A stretch of 64,000 nt of DNA from Planctomycetota bacterium (GTDB lineage: Bacteria; Planctomycetota; UBA8108; SXIK01), in contig OZ244999.1 in the NCBI GenBank assembly GCA_965223265.1, forward strand, positions 5,504,001 to 5,568,000, written 5' to 3'. Shown here in pieces: positions 47,914 through 58,500 of the stretch. The translations under genes and the position numbers were made by a program. Within the stretch, counting starts at the first letter, position 1. The number at the start of each line of letters is the position of its first letter. The notes below the pieces were generated by a model. It saw only the letters and a program-made list of their open reading frames with translations, was not told where the DNA came from and searched no databases.

Positions 47914-49317
47914 GTGACCACACCGAAAACGCTGATCCTCGTCATCGACGACAGCGCCACCGTACGCAAGTTCGCTCAAAAGTGCCTGCAGGAAGGACCG
48001 TACCAGGTCACGGTCGTCGCAAGCGGAGACGAGGGAGTTGCCGCCGCACGAAACGAAGCCCCTGGTCTTGTTCTGCTTGACTACACGCTCCAAGAAGGCT
48101 TGGGCACGGAGGTGTGCGAACGCCTGTCAGAGAATCCAGAGCTCGCAGACATCCCGATTATCCTCATGTCCGGGAAGGGAGAGCAGGTCTCGGACTGCTC
48201 TCACGACTACCCTTCGATCGTTTCAGTACTGACAAAGCCATTCACAAAATCTGTGCTCCTATCTGCGGTCGAGAGCGCCTTAGAGAAAGTCGACGCAGCC
48301 AAGAAAGCTGCCGCGTCGCTCGACGACATTCGCGATCGTCTCGACAGTCTGGTTACAAAAGCCGCCGAAGTGGCGGACCAAGGACCACGACGCATCGTCG
48401 TCGAGCAAGTCAAAGCATTGGTTACAAGCCGGCTGTGTGAACGGGTTCTGCGCGCAATCGAGGCTACAGGCGAGCAGCCGCGAGACGCTGCGGTGAATGC
48501 ACTCGTCAGCTCCGTCACGGAAAGCAGCTTTATCGCCGCTTTGAGCTCCGAGGTGCATGACAAGTATGAACGCCTTCGAAAAGCTGAGTTTGCTGCCAGC
48601 GGCGGAGTCCTCAGCCTCTCTGACGTTCTTCAGGCTCTGGCCAACAAATCACTCACGGGAGTGCTCGAAGTTGCCTGCGACAATAGGGAGATCGACATTT
48701 GCGTCAGCGACGGGAAAGTCTGCTTCCTCAACCCTCGCAGAATTCCGCTCTACGAAGTGCAGTCGTTGTGCTTTCGTGGGTTTCGGGTACCGAAAGAGTA
48801 TGTGCACGACCACCTTCGAACTGCGACGCGAAATGAAGAATCGATCTTCGTCCGCATGGTCGAAGATGGAGTGCTCGATCACAAGAAAGGGCTCCGTGTC
48901 ATGCGAGCCCTTGGCGTAGAAATCCTCCGGTCGTGCGTAGACAAGAACAAAAACTACCGGATGGAGTACTTCGCGAAGCCGCGGATTCCTGATGCATTCC
49001 TCGACTTTGACCTGCGGATCCCAGCCGAGCAATTCTTGCTCGAACTTTGCACCCGCATCGACGAATGGGAGCTTCTCGAGCCAGAGAGTAAAGACACCGA
49101 AGCCATCTTCGCCGTCACGGGAAGCTCGTTGACGACCAGTATCCGTGACGATCAGCTTCTGCGAGTTCTGAGTGCCATCAACGGACGCCGCAGAATTCCA
49201 GAAATCTCCGAGACGTGTCGCGTCAGCACTTTCGAAGTATGTCAGTCACTCTCAAGGCTGCTGCGAATGGGGATGATACGCGTCGAGCTACCCACGGCGG
49301 CCGGACAAACCGTGTGA
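47914..49317 (+). CDS. Response regulator REC + DUF4388 + C-terminal winged helix
   Basis: ILVIDDS...VLLDY...MSG...KPF; LSLSDVLQALANKSLTGVL; RIDEW; TFEVCQSLSRLLRMGMI. Start uncertain (GTG 47914 or an upstream ATG). Confidence 0.85.
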   Translation: MTTPKTLILVIDDSATVRKFAQKCLQEGPYQVTVVASGDEGVAAARNEAPGLVLLDYTLQEGLGTEVCERLSENPELADIPIILMSGKGEQVSDCSHDYPSIVSVLTKPFTKSVLLSAVESALEKVDAAKKAAASLDDIRDRLDSLVTKAAEVADQGPRRIVVEQVKALVTSRLCERVLRAIEATGEQPRDAAVNALVSSVTESSFIAALSSEVHDKYERLRKAEFAASGGVLSLSDVLQALANKSLTGVLEVACDNREIDICVSDGKVCFLNPRRIPLYEVQSLCFRGFRVPKEYVHDHLRTATRNEESIFVRMVEDGVLDHKKGLRVMRALGVEILRSCVDKNKNYRMEYFAKPRIPDAFLDFDLRIPAEQFLLELCTRIDEWELLEPESKDTEAIFAVTGSSLTTSIRDDQLLRVLSAINGRRRIPEISETCRVSTFEVCQSLSRLLRMGMIRVELPTAAGQTV

Positions 49318-49354
49318 ATCCACCTTCGCCAAGCAACCGGAGCGCTGAAGACGA

Positions 49355-50077
49355 TCAACTGCGACGCTCTTGGTCCGCGCTTTCCAATCGGCTGATGATC
49401 AGTCCGAGTAAATCTCGAAACGAGCCCGGGTCGCGAGCTTTTGGCGTCTGCTCCGCCGGACGTTGCGTGTCGCCGGTTGGAGCTCGACACCCACGACGCC
49501 TGTGAAGTTCTTCTCGGAATGACACTCGCTCTTCGTCTGAGAGCTCAATCGGAACGATGCGGACGCCCAAGAGGCGCCCCAGATCGTCGATTTGCTCCGG
49601 ACTCAAACTGCGCTCGGCAGTCATCAGGACACCACGCGTGTCACCTTGGGCGAGGAACAGAAGCACACCGTGCTCCTCGGCCAGCGTCTCCGGAACCTTG
49701 TCGAGAAGCCGGAAATACACCCGGAGCTTGCTGACGTCCACGTCTGGCGGTGCATCGCTCGCGATCTCCGCCGTCGATGTCCCCGTGTGAGAGAGCGCAT
49801 CAACGAGAGTCTCTAGTTCGCTCTCTTGAAGAAGCCCGAGCCTCTTCAAGACGCTCGCCAGTCGCCCCCCGTTCGCGTCGCAATACTCGAGAGCTGCTTT
49901 GAGATGGGCGGAAGAGACAATCTCACGCCGTGACAGCTCTGCAACGAGCTCGTCGTCGGTGAGATCGGCAAGCTTTGTTCCGGCGTCAGCGTCGACCGGA
50001 TTGTGATGCACGTGCGGTACCTCGGTATGCGCCCTGACTATTGGAGGTAGGAAAGAGGGCAGAAGTCGAATCGCCAC
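49355..50077 (-). CDS. Stand-alone MshEN/GspE-N-like protein (no ATPase domain)
   Basis: IVSSAHLKAALEY...GGRLASVLKRLGLL, then LLDKVPETLAEEHGVL...IDDLGRLLG, resembling the T2SSE_N/MshEN region. Start uncertain. Confidence 0.55.
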   Translation of the reverse strand: MAIRLLPSFLPPIVRAHTEVPHVHHNPVDADAGTKLADLTDDELVAELSRREIVSSAHLKAALEYCDANGGRLASVLKRLGLLQESELETLVDALSHTGTSTAEIASDAPPDVDVSKLRVYFRLLDKVPETLAEEHGVLLFLAQGDTRGVLMTAERSLSPEQIDDLGRLLGVRIVPIELSDEERVSFREELHRRRGCRAPTGDTQRPAEQTPKARDPGSFRDLLGLIISRLESADQERRS

Positions 50078-50586
50078 TCTGACTCGGCGGGCGAGTGTTG
50101 ATCGAGACCAACCCAGCGACGTGTGAAGTCTACGACGGAGAGCTTCGCGCGAGCAACTCGAGTTCCCGGAATCTAGTTCTTACGTACAAACTACGACGTT
50201 CTCCGTGTTCCAAGTGAGGCGCCACGCCCTCTTGCGGCCACGGACGCCGCTAGTAGACCTAGTCCGAAGCACGCTTGCTTCACGCCGGAGTTTTTCCGCA
50301 CCCTACGCTCCGAGAACATGCCTGGAGTTCCGCTTTGCCAAGCGAGCGTCCCACAACCGCCTGCGCTTCACTCAGTCGCGCCCCTAGAAACCGGCTCTCA
50401 AGTCGCATGCGGGCGTCAGTCTCGGAAGTTGGCTCATGAGAAAGAATTAATTCATTTGTTGACAACGCCATCCTACCTGGCCCCGGCGTAGAGAAGAGCT
50501 TCAGATTTGCCATCTCACCGACCGACGAAAACAGTCCTGGTGATCTGTAACTCAATTCTTTTCTTTTCGATTCGAGGGCAACTCTC

Positions 50587-53175
50587 ATGAGTAACACGAA
50601 GTTTTGGCAGCTACAAAACCTTCGTATTCGCGGCAAACTCATCCTCGCTACGGTACTGCTTGGTGTGTTCGCTGTCGGTCTAGTCGGGAGCATCAGCTAC
50701 TGGCAGAGTTCGAATGCTCTTCGCAACCAAGCGTTCGCGCAGCTGTCGTCTGTGCGAAGCGTTCTGCAAGACAGTATCGAATCCTACTACCAGCAAGCGC
50801 GATACGATTTGGCCACTCATGCAGAAAGTCTCACGGTCAAAAACACGCTGAAGGATCTCTCGGCGGCTCGCAAGTCACTTCTCAGCGAGCTCGAAATGGC
50901 GGGCCAGCCCGTCGACAACAATTTGATCCGTACAGTCAACGAGACGAATCGTGAGTACTATCAAAACGTACTGATCCACAACCTCAGCCAGGTTCGTAGC
51001 GGCAACCCGGGAACGCCTGAAGAGTTCCTGCACCCGGATCCGGAAGTGAACATCCTTCAGTATGTCTACACGACGAAGAACCCGGCGCCGGTTGGAAGCA
51101 AAGAGACTCTGAACAGCCTCGAGGACATCGCGGCCAACACCGAGATTCCAACGAAGTTTCGTAACGCCTTGACGGAGACGTCGTACGTCAAGTCGCACTC
51201 GATCTACCACCCGATCCTCAGCCAACTCGTATCTCGCTTCGGATACTACGACGTGTTCATCTGCGACGACGAAGGTTACGTCGTGTACTCGGTGTTCAAG
51301 GAGCTGGACTTCAACGGCAATCTGCGGACCGGTCCGCAGAAGGACACGGGAATCGGTAAAGCCTTCGCCCTGGCGTGGGAAGCTGAGCGCGACGGTTCCC
51401 TCGATGGACACGTTAAGAGCACCGACATCGAGCCCTATCCGATCTCCTACGACGCGCCTGCCACATTCCTCGGCTGTCCGATCTACGACGAGGACGGAAC
51501 GAAGCAGGGCGTGATGATCTACCAGCTACCGATCGACAAAATCAACGGCGTCACGACGATGGGCGGTCGTCAGGAAGAGGTTGGATTGGGCGCATCGGGT
51601 GAGAGCTACATCGTCGGCCCGGACTTCCGGCAACGCACAAACTCCCGATTCATCTCAGACCTCGAGGAAGGCTCGGCCAAGCGTAAGGTCATCTCTGCAG
51701 ACGGCAAGGAGATCAGCTTCACGTCGATCGGCATGCTTGAGGTGCCGACCGACGGCGCGAAGAGAATCTTTTCGCCCAGTGTGTCTGATCGAATCGGCGT
51801 CGACGTCTACCCAGACTACCGCGGCATTCCGGTTCTCGGATCCTATGGTCCCCTCGAAATCGCAGGTATGACCTACGGACTTCTGACAGAGATTGATGCC
51901 GCGGAAGCCTTCGCCGCAGCCCGAGCTCAGCGCAACGCGGCGCTCGGCGTTGGAACATTCACCCTGGCGATTTTCGTGCTTGTTTCTGTTCTCTTTGCGC
52001 GTCAGATCTCACGCCCAATCGCCAGCCTCGTCGAAACCGCCAACAAAGTCGCTGCCGGTGACGACACCGCTCGAGCCGAAGTGATGAGCTCCGACGAGAT
52101 CGGAGAACTCGCAGAACAGTTCAATGAAATGGTCGACTCTCGCGTCAAGGCTCAGCAAGAAATCGCGGCGGAGAACAGGCGCCTTCAGAGCGATATCCGC
52201 GGTCTGCTCGAGGTCGTGAGCGACGCTTCGGACGGAGACCTTTCGGTGCGTGCCACCGTCACCGAAGGTGCGCTCGGAAACGTCGCAGACGCTCTCAACC
52301 TCATGTTCGAGAACGTCGGCGAGCTGATCCAAGAGGTCCAGGCCGCGTCGCTGCGCGTCGCGTCGGCTTCGAGCGAGATTCAAGTCGCCTCCGAGCAGTT
52401 GGCCGACGGCGCTCGCAAGCAGGCTGAAGAGGTCGTTAACACAACTGCCGCCGTCCAGGAGATGTCCTCCAATATTGAATCGGTGGCGAACAATGCCTCC
52501 GTCGCCGCAGAGGCAGGTCAAAAGACGAAAGAGGCCTCGGACGTCGGTAACGAGGCGGTGTCGAAGGTCATCCACGGCATGGATCGCATTCGCGAGAACG
52601 TGCTCGCGGGAGCGAAGAAGATCAAGCGCCTCGGCGATCGCTCGATGGAGATTTCTACGATCGTCAACACGATCGAAGAGATCTCGGCGCAGACGGACAT
52701 GCTGGCGCTCAACGCGGCGATCGAAGCTGCGCGTGCCGGGGAACATGGCCGTGGGTTCTCAGTTGTCGCCGAGGAGGTGAGGAAGCTCGCCGAACGTACC
52801 GCTGGTGCGACTCGCGAGATCGAGAAGCTCATCGGAGGCATCCAAGCGGAGACCAACGAAGCGGTCTCGAGCATGGAAGAGCAGACCAGCGACGTGGAGA
52901 ACGAAAGCCGCGTGGTCGGTAGCGCCGGTGAATCACTCACTCACATCGGTCAAGCGACAGATCAGGCTGCGGAGTTGATCAACGAGATCAGTCTGTCGGC
53001 AAAGCAGCAAGTCCGCGGCGCGGCAGGCGTCGTCCAGGCGATGGAATTCGTCGCCGACATCGCCAAGCAAGCCCAGGCCGGCGCCGAGCAGACCAAGAAG
53101 TCGACGGAGGAGGTCGCAGCACTGGCAAACGACCTCACTTCGAAGATCGGTCAGTTCAAAGTCACGGCCAACTGA
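50587..53175 (+). CDS. Methyl-accepting chemotaxis protein (PilJ-like; Cache-type sensor, HAMP domains)
   Basis: Two TM segments; FGYYDVF; DYRGIPVLGSY; SSDEIGELAEQFN; QTDMLALNAAIEAARAGEHGRGFSVVAEEVRKLAE. Confidence 0.95.
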   Translation: MSNTKFWQLQNLRIRGKLILATVLLGVFAVGLVGSISYWQSSNALRNQAFAQLSSVRSVLQDSIESYYQQARYDLATHAESLTVKNTLKDLSAARKSLLSELEMAGQPVDNNLIRTVNETNREYYQNVLIHNLSQVRSGNPGTPEEFLHPDPEVNILQYVYTTKNPAPVGSKETLNSLEDIAANTEIPTKFRNALTETSYVKSHSIYHPILSQLVSRFGYYDVFICDDEGYVVYSVFKELDFNGNLRTGPQKDTGIGKAFALAWEAERDGSLDGHVKSTDIEPYPISYDAPATFLGCPIYDEDGTKQGVMIYQLPIDKINGVTTMGGRQEEVGLGASGESYIVGPDFRQRTNSRFISDLEEGSAKRKVISADGKEISFTSIGMLEVPTDGAKRIFSPSVSDRIGVDVYPDYRGIPVLGSYGPLEIAGMTYGLLTEIDAAEAFAAARAQRNAALGVGTFTLAIFVLVSVLFARQISRPIASLVETANKVAAGDDTARAEVMSSDEIGELAEQFNEMVDSRVKAQQEIAAENRRLQSDIRGLLEVVSDASDGDLSVRATVTEGALGNVADALNLMFENVGELIQEVQAASLRVASASSEIQVASEQLADGARKQAEEVVNTTAAVQEMSSNIESVANNASVAAEAGQKTKEASDVGNEAVSKVIHGMDRIRENVLAGAKKIKRLGDRSMEISTIVNTIEEISAQTDMLALNAAIEAARAGEHGRGFSVVAEEVRKLAERTAGATREIEKLIGGIQAETNEAVSSMEEQTSDVENESRVVGSAGESLTHIGQATDQAAELINEISLSAKQQVRGAAGVVQAMEFVADIAKQAQAGAEQTKKSTEEVAALANDLTSKIGQFKVTAN

Positions 53176-53204
53176 GGATTCTGACTAGGGGATCATGTCA
53201 CAGT

Positions 53205-54449
53205 ATGTGGAACTGCACACGAATCTTTCAGTTGCGGTGGAACACGCTCATTGTTGTCGCACTGGTGACGACGATCCCTTGCGGTTGCGTCAGCACGCAC
53301 CGGGCGTCGCGATCGGTTCACTCTCGGCAGGTCGCTGCCGAGAGCGGACCGGACGCGGCTGACCAGGTTCTCGTTCAGGGCGATCAGCGCGAGGGACTCG
53401 AAACAGAACCAACAGGCGATCTCGTCGGATCAACTGTCCCGGAATCGGATCCGTCGACTTCGGATGGATCGAACTTAGCGGATCCCGAGAGTGACCCATC
53501 GGAATCGACCGAGCCCGAGATCCCTACTTGGGACTCGAAGCCGGAAGAGAATGAAATCTCAACTCCCGGCGATCTACCGGAGACGGGGCTTCACGGTGAC
53601 GTCGCGTTCGAGACCCCCGTCGAGCAGGATGAGTCCGTCGCCTCCGAGTTTCAGCCGTTGGATTTTGCGAGCGACGACTCGCCAGATGGAAACTCTGTCT
53701 GGCTCGAAAACGATGTCCCAACATCGTCCGCGGGCATACCCAGCACCGAGATTCAATCTGAGGATCTCACCGGTTCGACGACTTCTCGTTCAGACTCTGA
53801 TGAAGTCCATGTCTCCCCCACTGACACGATGCTCGAAACGTTGCCCGTTTCGGATGTCGAGACCTCCTCGCCCGCCGCAGCTGAGAAAGCAGAAAACACT
53901 GAATCAGTCGTCCACGACACCTCAGTGGTCGAAAGCCACAGAATCGCGTCGCGAGCGGCCGACTCGGAACCACGCGTCGAACTGCGTACGAAAGAGGGGA
54001 CGATCCTCCTCCGGCTTCATCCTGAGGCCGCCCCTAAGCACGTCGAACGATTCGTGCGGCTCGTGCAGGACGGCCACTGGAAGTCGTGGCGCTTCTATCG
54101 CGTGTTGAAAGGCAACCTCGCCGAATTCGGCGACGTCGGTACAGTCTCGGCAGACGTCGAGAGCGTCGACGCAGAGGTAGCTCTCCCAAACCGTCGGGGA
54201 GCACTGGGTGCCGTTCGCGCACCGCTATTCGGCAATCCGACGAAGAGCTCTGCGGCCAACCGCTTTTACATCTGCCTCGATTCGAAACCACAGCTGGACG
54301 CTGGCTTTACGGTCTTCGGATCGGTCGAGTCTGGCTGGGAAACCATCGAAAAACTCAGAACCGGACCTGACCACCTGAACGGCCAAATCCTACCGTTCGA
54401 ATCGTCCGACGGCCTCGTCGAGGTTCGCGTCGTACACGCCGGTGAGTAG
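53205..54449 (+). CDS. Exported cyclophilin-type PPIase-like protein with long acidic low-complexity linker
   Basis: Signal or lipobox-like IPCGC; ~210-aa S/E/D/P/T-rich linker; C-terminal TKEGTILLRLHPEAAPKHVERF...FYRV...FYICL...FTVFGSV. Confidence 0.8.
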   Translation: MWNCTRIFQLRWNTLIVVALVTTIPCGCVSTHRASRSVHSRQVAAESGPDAADQVLVQGDQREGLETEPTGDLVGSTVPESDPSTSDGSNLADPESDPSESTEPEIPTWDSKPEENEISTPGDLPETGLHGDVAFETPVEQDESVASEFQPLDFASDDSPDGNSVWLENDVPTSSAGIPSTEIQSEDLTGSTTSRSDSDEVHVSPTDTMLETLPVSDVETSSPAAAEKAENTESVVHDTSVVESHRIASRAADSEPRVELRTKEGTILLRLHPEAAPKHVERFVRLVQDGHWKSWRFYRVLKGNLAEFGDVGTVSADVESVDAEVALPNRRGALGAVRAPLFGNPTKSSAANRFYICLDSKPQLDAGFTVFGSVESGWETIEKLRTGPDHLNGQILPFESSDGLVEVRVVHAGE

Positions 54450-54473
54450 GCCGAGTCAACACAGGAGAACACA

Positions 54474-54833
54474 ATGAGAGCACTCATCATCGACGACAGC
54501 ATGTCAGAGATCAAGCTGATGACCGCCGCTTTGGAAGATCACGGATTCGTCTGTGAATACGCCAGCGACGGCGTGGCTGGCGAAGAAAAAGCAAAGAGTA
54601 TGCAACCCGACATCATTTTGATGGACGTCGTGATGCCGAACCGAAATGGTTTTCAAACATGCCGCAAGCTGAAGAAGTGCGACGAAACCAAGGATATCCC
54701 AGTCATTCTGGTCACGTCCAAAGGCGAAGATTCCGACAGGGCGTGGGGCCTGAAACAAGGCGCGTCCGACTACCTCGTTAAGCCGTTCGACCCAGATGAG
54801 CTCGTTCGGACTGTCAGAAAAGTCCTCGGCTGA
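54474..54833 (+). CDS. Single-domain response regulator (PilH-like)
   Basis: IIDDS; ILMDVVMP..NGFQTCR; VTSK.EDSDRAWGLKQGA..YLVKP. Confidence 0.92.
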   Translation: MRALIIDDSMSEIKLMTAALEDHGFVCEYASDGVAGEEKAKSMQPDIILMDVVMPNRNGFQTCRKLKKCDETKDIPVILVTSKGEDSDRAWGLKQGASDYLVKPFDPDELVRTVRKVLG

Positions 54834-54856
54834 ACCGAACCGATCAGGAGTCGTTC

Positions 54857-55324
54857 ATGTCTACCAACACGCCAACCGAGCGAACAATGATTCACGCTTG
54901 CGTGTTCGAGCGCGGCGGCGACCTCTTCGGGGTCGAAGCCAAGGCCGTGGTGCAAATCATGTTTCGCCCGCAGTTGACGACCGTTCCTGCTGCGCCCAGT
55001 TTCGTGCGCGGCGCCATGAACCTGCGCGGAGAAATCGTTCCCGTTGTAGCTATTGACGCAGAGATCGGCGTCGAATCGGATCTGCCGTTTCCCGCGAGGC
55101 ATCCAGTTCTGGTTCTTCAGACCGAGTTTGACCTCGTTGCGATACCCGTAGAGCGCGTGCTTTCGGTGACACGGATTCCGATCAGTGTGCGCGAAGAGCA
55201 GGTTGAGAGCCGAAGCGAAGCGCAGTATGTGCGTGCAGTGTGTGAATCACACGGACGCGTCGTCGCAATGCTCGACTACGAGCAGATGTTCCGAGATCTT
55301 CAACAGAGAGTCCATTCCACTTGA
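54857..55324 (+). CDS. cheW: CheW (PilI-like) adaptor
   Basis: TTVPAAPSFVRGAMNLRGEIVPVV. Confidence 0.88.
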   Translation: MSTNTPTERTMIHACVFERGGDLFGVEAKAVVQIMFRPQLTTVPAAPSFVRGAMNLRGEIVPVVAIDAEIGVESDLPFPARHPVLVLQTEFDLVAIPVERVLSVTRIPISVREEQVESRSEAQYVRAVCESHGRVVAMLDYEQMFRDLQQRVHST

Positions 55325-55521
55325 GTCGTCTTCGCGCAGCTTTGCGCAAGTGACGACCTTTTTCGAAAATATCGACCTCGTCAGACACGACGCTCGCGGG
55401 CTCAATAGGACCGCAACGGTCACAGAATCCGCTGAGCTCTCACCTTCCGCTCGAAGGATTCGACGACGAAGTAACAAACAACCGAAACCAAAAACGAGAC
55501 GCCTCAAGGAGACCAACTGTC

Positions 55522-58500
55522 ATGGCGCAACGTGACTACCAGAGCGAGATGGCGCCCTATTTCATTGAGGACGCGCGACAGTTCCTGGCCGACGCGCGTG
55601 ACGCCCTGGCCAACGTTGGGCAAGGCGCTGACGACAAGAAACTTCTCGAAGACAGCATACGAGCTGTTCACGCCCTTAAAGGCGCTGCTGGCCTCTTCAA
55701 GCAAAACGAAATCCATCTCATCTGCTCGGACCTGGAGCGCCTGCTCGAGGTCGGAAGATCTCTGGTTCACGTCGACACGGACGGCTTTTCGCGCCTTGCC
55801 GAGTTCGCCGTCGAGTCTCTCGCGCTCGTCGAGCAGCTCGTCGACACGATCGGCAACGACACGAGCGGCAATGCCGACATCCTTGAGGAGTTCCAAGCGA
55901 GCGCCAACGCCAACTACGGTGGATTCCTCGAGAGCTTCGGCTCGGGAACGTCCAACGGCGGGACACTCGAGCTTGGTGACGCTGTCGACCCAGAGATCCT
56001 CGAGTGCTTCAAGGAAGAAGCGCAGGACATTTTCGAAGGCATCCACGATTGCCTCGATCAACTGAATGGCGACCCAAGCGATCTCGAGTCGATCCGCCAA
56101 CTTGCGCGACTCTTTCACACCCTCAAGGGGTCTTCCGGCCTCGCCGGTCTGCAGGGCGTGCAAGCTCTCGCAAAGACCGTGCAGGACACCCTTGAGCAGG
56201 CTGCGGATGCTGGCGAGTCGTTGGACGAAGACCAAATCGCTCGGGTCACTGAGACGGCTGACCGCATAGAGGAGGAGCTCTGGGGAGGCCGAGCGGTCGG
56301 AGTCAGTACGCCCGTCTCTGCTGCGCCGCTGGCCGCGGAGTCCGTCGACGAAGAACTCGTCGAAGTTTTCTTGGAAGAGGCAGGCGCCTACCTCGAAGAG
56401 ATCGACGCAGCAATCGATAGTTTCATCGACGAGTTCTCCCCCGCCGCCGTCGAACGACTCGCAAAGCTGTTCCACACGATCAAAGGGTCCGCCGGTGTCG
56501 TCAACCTCTCTGAGGCCAGCAGTCTTGCCAGGGAGGCAAACGACTTCCTCGAATCCCTTGTCAGCGACGGGTCCAGCGGCGACGCGGATGTATGCGCATT
56601 TGTCGCAGAAAGAGTCGCAGGTATCAAAGCTGCCGTTGGACTTTCGACAACAGCCGTCGACGTCGAAAGCGAAGCCGCGATCGACGACGAAGACGAGGAC
56701 CTGGCGTTCTTCGTGGTCGACTCCCGCGAAAATCTCGAAAGTTTCACGCGCTGCGTGCTTGCATACGAGAAGAGCCCCTCGGACGACCTCGTCGAGGAGA
56801 TGTTTCGGGCAGTCCATACAATCAAAGGCGCCTCGACACTCGTTGGTCTACGAGACATGGTCGAAGCCGCGGGTATCCTCGAAGACTTTCTCGAGCGCAT
56901 CGTCGATGGTTCTCTCGCCGACGTTGAGACTGTAAACCTGGTCGACGCTCTGTTCACCGGAGCCGACACGCTGACAGCGATTCTCCAACGTGCAGTGGGA
57001 GAGGAGTACGACCACGAGCAAGCGGATCGCAACCTGGCTGCCGTCGTCGCTGAACTCGTGGAAGCGGTGAGCAGAAAGCAGGCAGTCGTGCTCGAGACCG
57101 CCGGCCCAGATCTCTCCGCAGTCGACGCGGACGACGAAATCGATGACCTTCTGGTTGTTGATCCACAGGCAATCGCCGAAGTCCGTCCGGAGCTGCCCGC
57201 CGCGTCGCTCGATACGCCGACCCCCAAGAAGGCTCGTCGACTCGCCGAAGCTGCGGAGAAGACCCCGGCGGATAAGGAGCGCAAGGACCGCCAGACGATC
57301 AGGATTGACTCGAATCGCCTCAATCAGGTGATGAACCTGGTCGGCGAGCTGATCACGAGTCGCACGCGTCTCTCTAGCCGCGTCAGTGGCTTAGGGGGAA
57401 TTCGCGAAGAGCTCGGCGCACGGAAGGACCGTCTCCTCGAGCTCGTCAATGACTTCCAGATAAAGTATGAGTTCGGACAGACGCTTGGCCGTCTGGGCGG
57501 AATGTTCGGCGACGACTCAGAATCGGAATTCTCCGAGCTGGAATTCGATCGCTACGACGACTTCAACATTCTCAGCCGCGGTCTCATGGAGATCACCTCA
57601 GATGTCTCCGAGATCATGAGCCAACTCGACCGACTGTTTCGCGAGGTAGCCGAAGAAGCGAACAACGTTTCCAAGGTCACCTCCAACATGCAGTACGAGA
57701 TCACACAACTACGGATGGTCCCGGCCGCGACACTCTTCGATCGGCTACGCCGACCGATTCGAGACGCCGCGCGCAAAGAGGGGAAACAGGTCGAACTCAC
57801 CTGCCTCGGCGAAGAGACTGAGCTCGACAAGGCGATCATCGACGACCTGTTCAGTCCCTTCCTCCATCTGGTACGAAACGCCGTCAGCCACGGTATTGAG
57901 AGTACGGACGTCCGCCGCTCCCAGTCGAAGGTCGCGGCCGGCACGATTGCACTGAAAGCCTACCAAGAAGGAAACAACGTCGTCATCGAAGTACACGACG
58001 ACGGCGCGGGAATCGACCTCGACGCAGTGAAGGAGCGTGGCCGCGACCTCGGCATTCTCCATCCGACCGAAGAGCCGACGGAAGAGGAGCTTCTTTCGCT
58101 CATCTTCCGCTCTGGATTCTCAACACGCTCGCAAGTATCAGACGTATCGGGCCGCGGCGTCGGCATGGATGCCGTCGCCGACACGATCAACCGTCTCAAC
58201 GGTTCGATCTCTGTTCAGTCGCTGCAGGGCGTGGGAACCAAGGTCGTGGTACGCCTGCCACTCACACTTGCGATCAATCAAGCACTCATCGTGTCGGTGT
58301 GCCAGCAGACCTTCGCGATACCTCTGAACTACGTCGAGGAAGCCATCAGCATCGACCTGAACGACGTCGAAACGCTCTCGGGCGCCGAGGTCATCCGCAT
58401 CCGCGGCACAGTCGTGCCGCTGGTGAGGATTGGACGACGCTTCGGCCTCCAGTCGCCCGACGGGGAGAAAGCAAACACCGCGGTGGTTGTGACGATGGAT

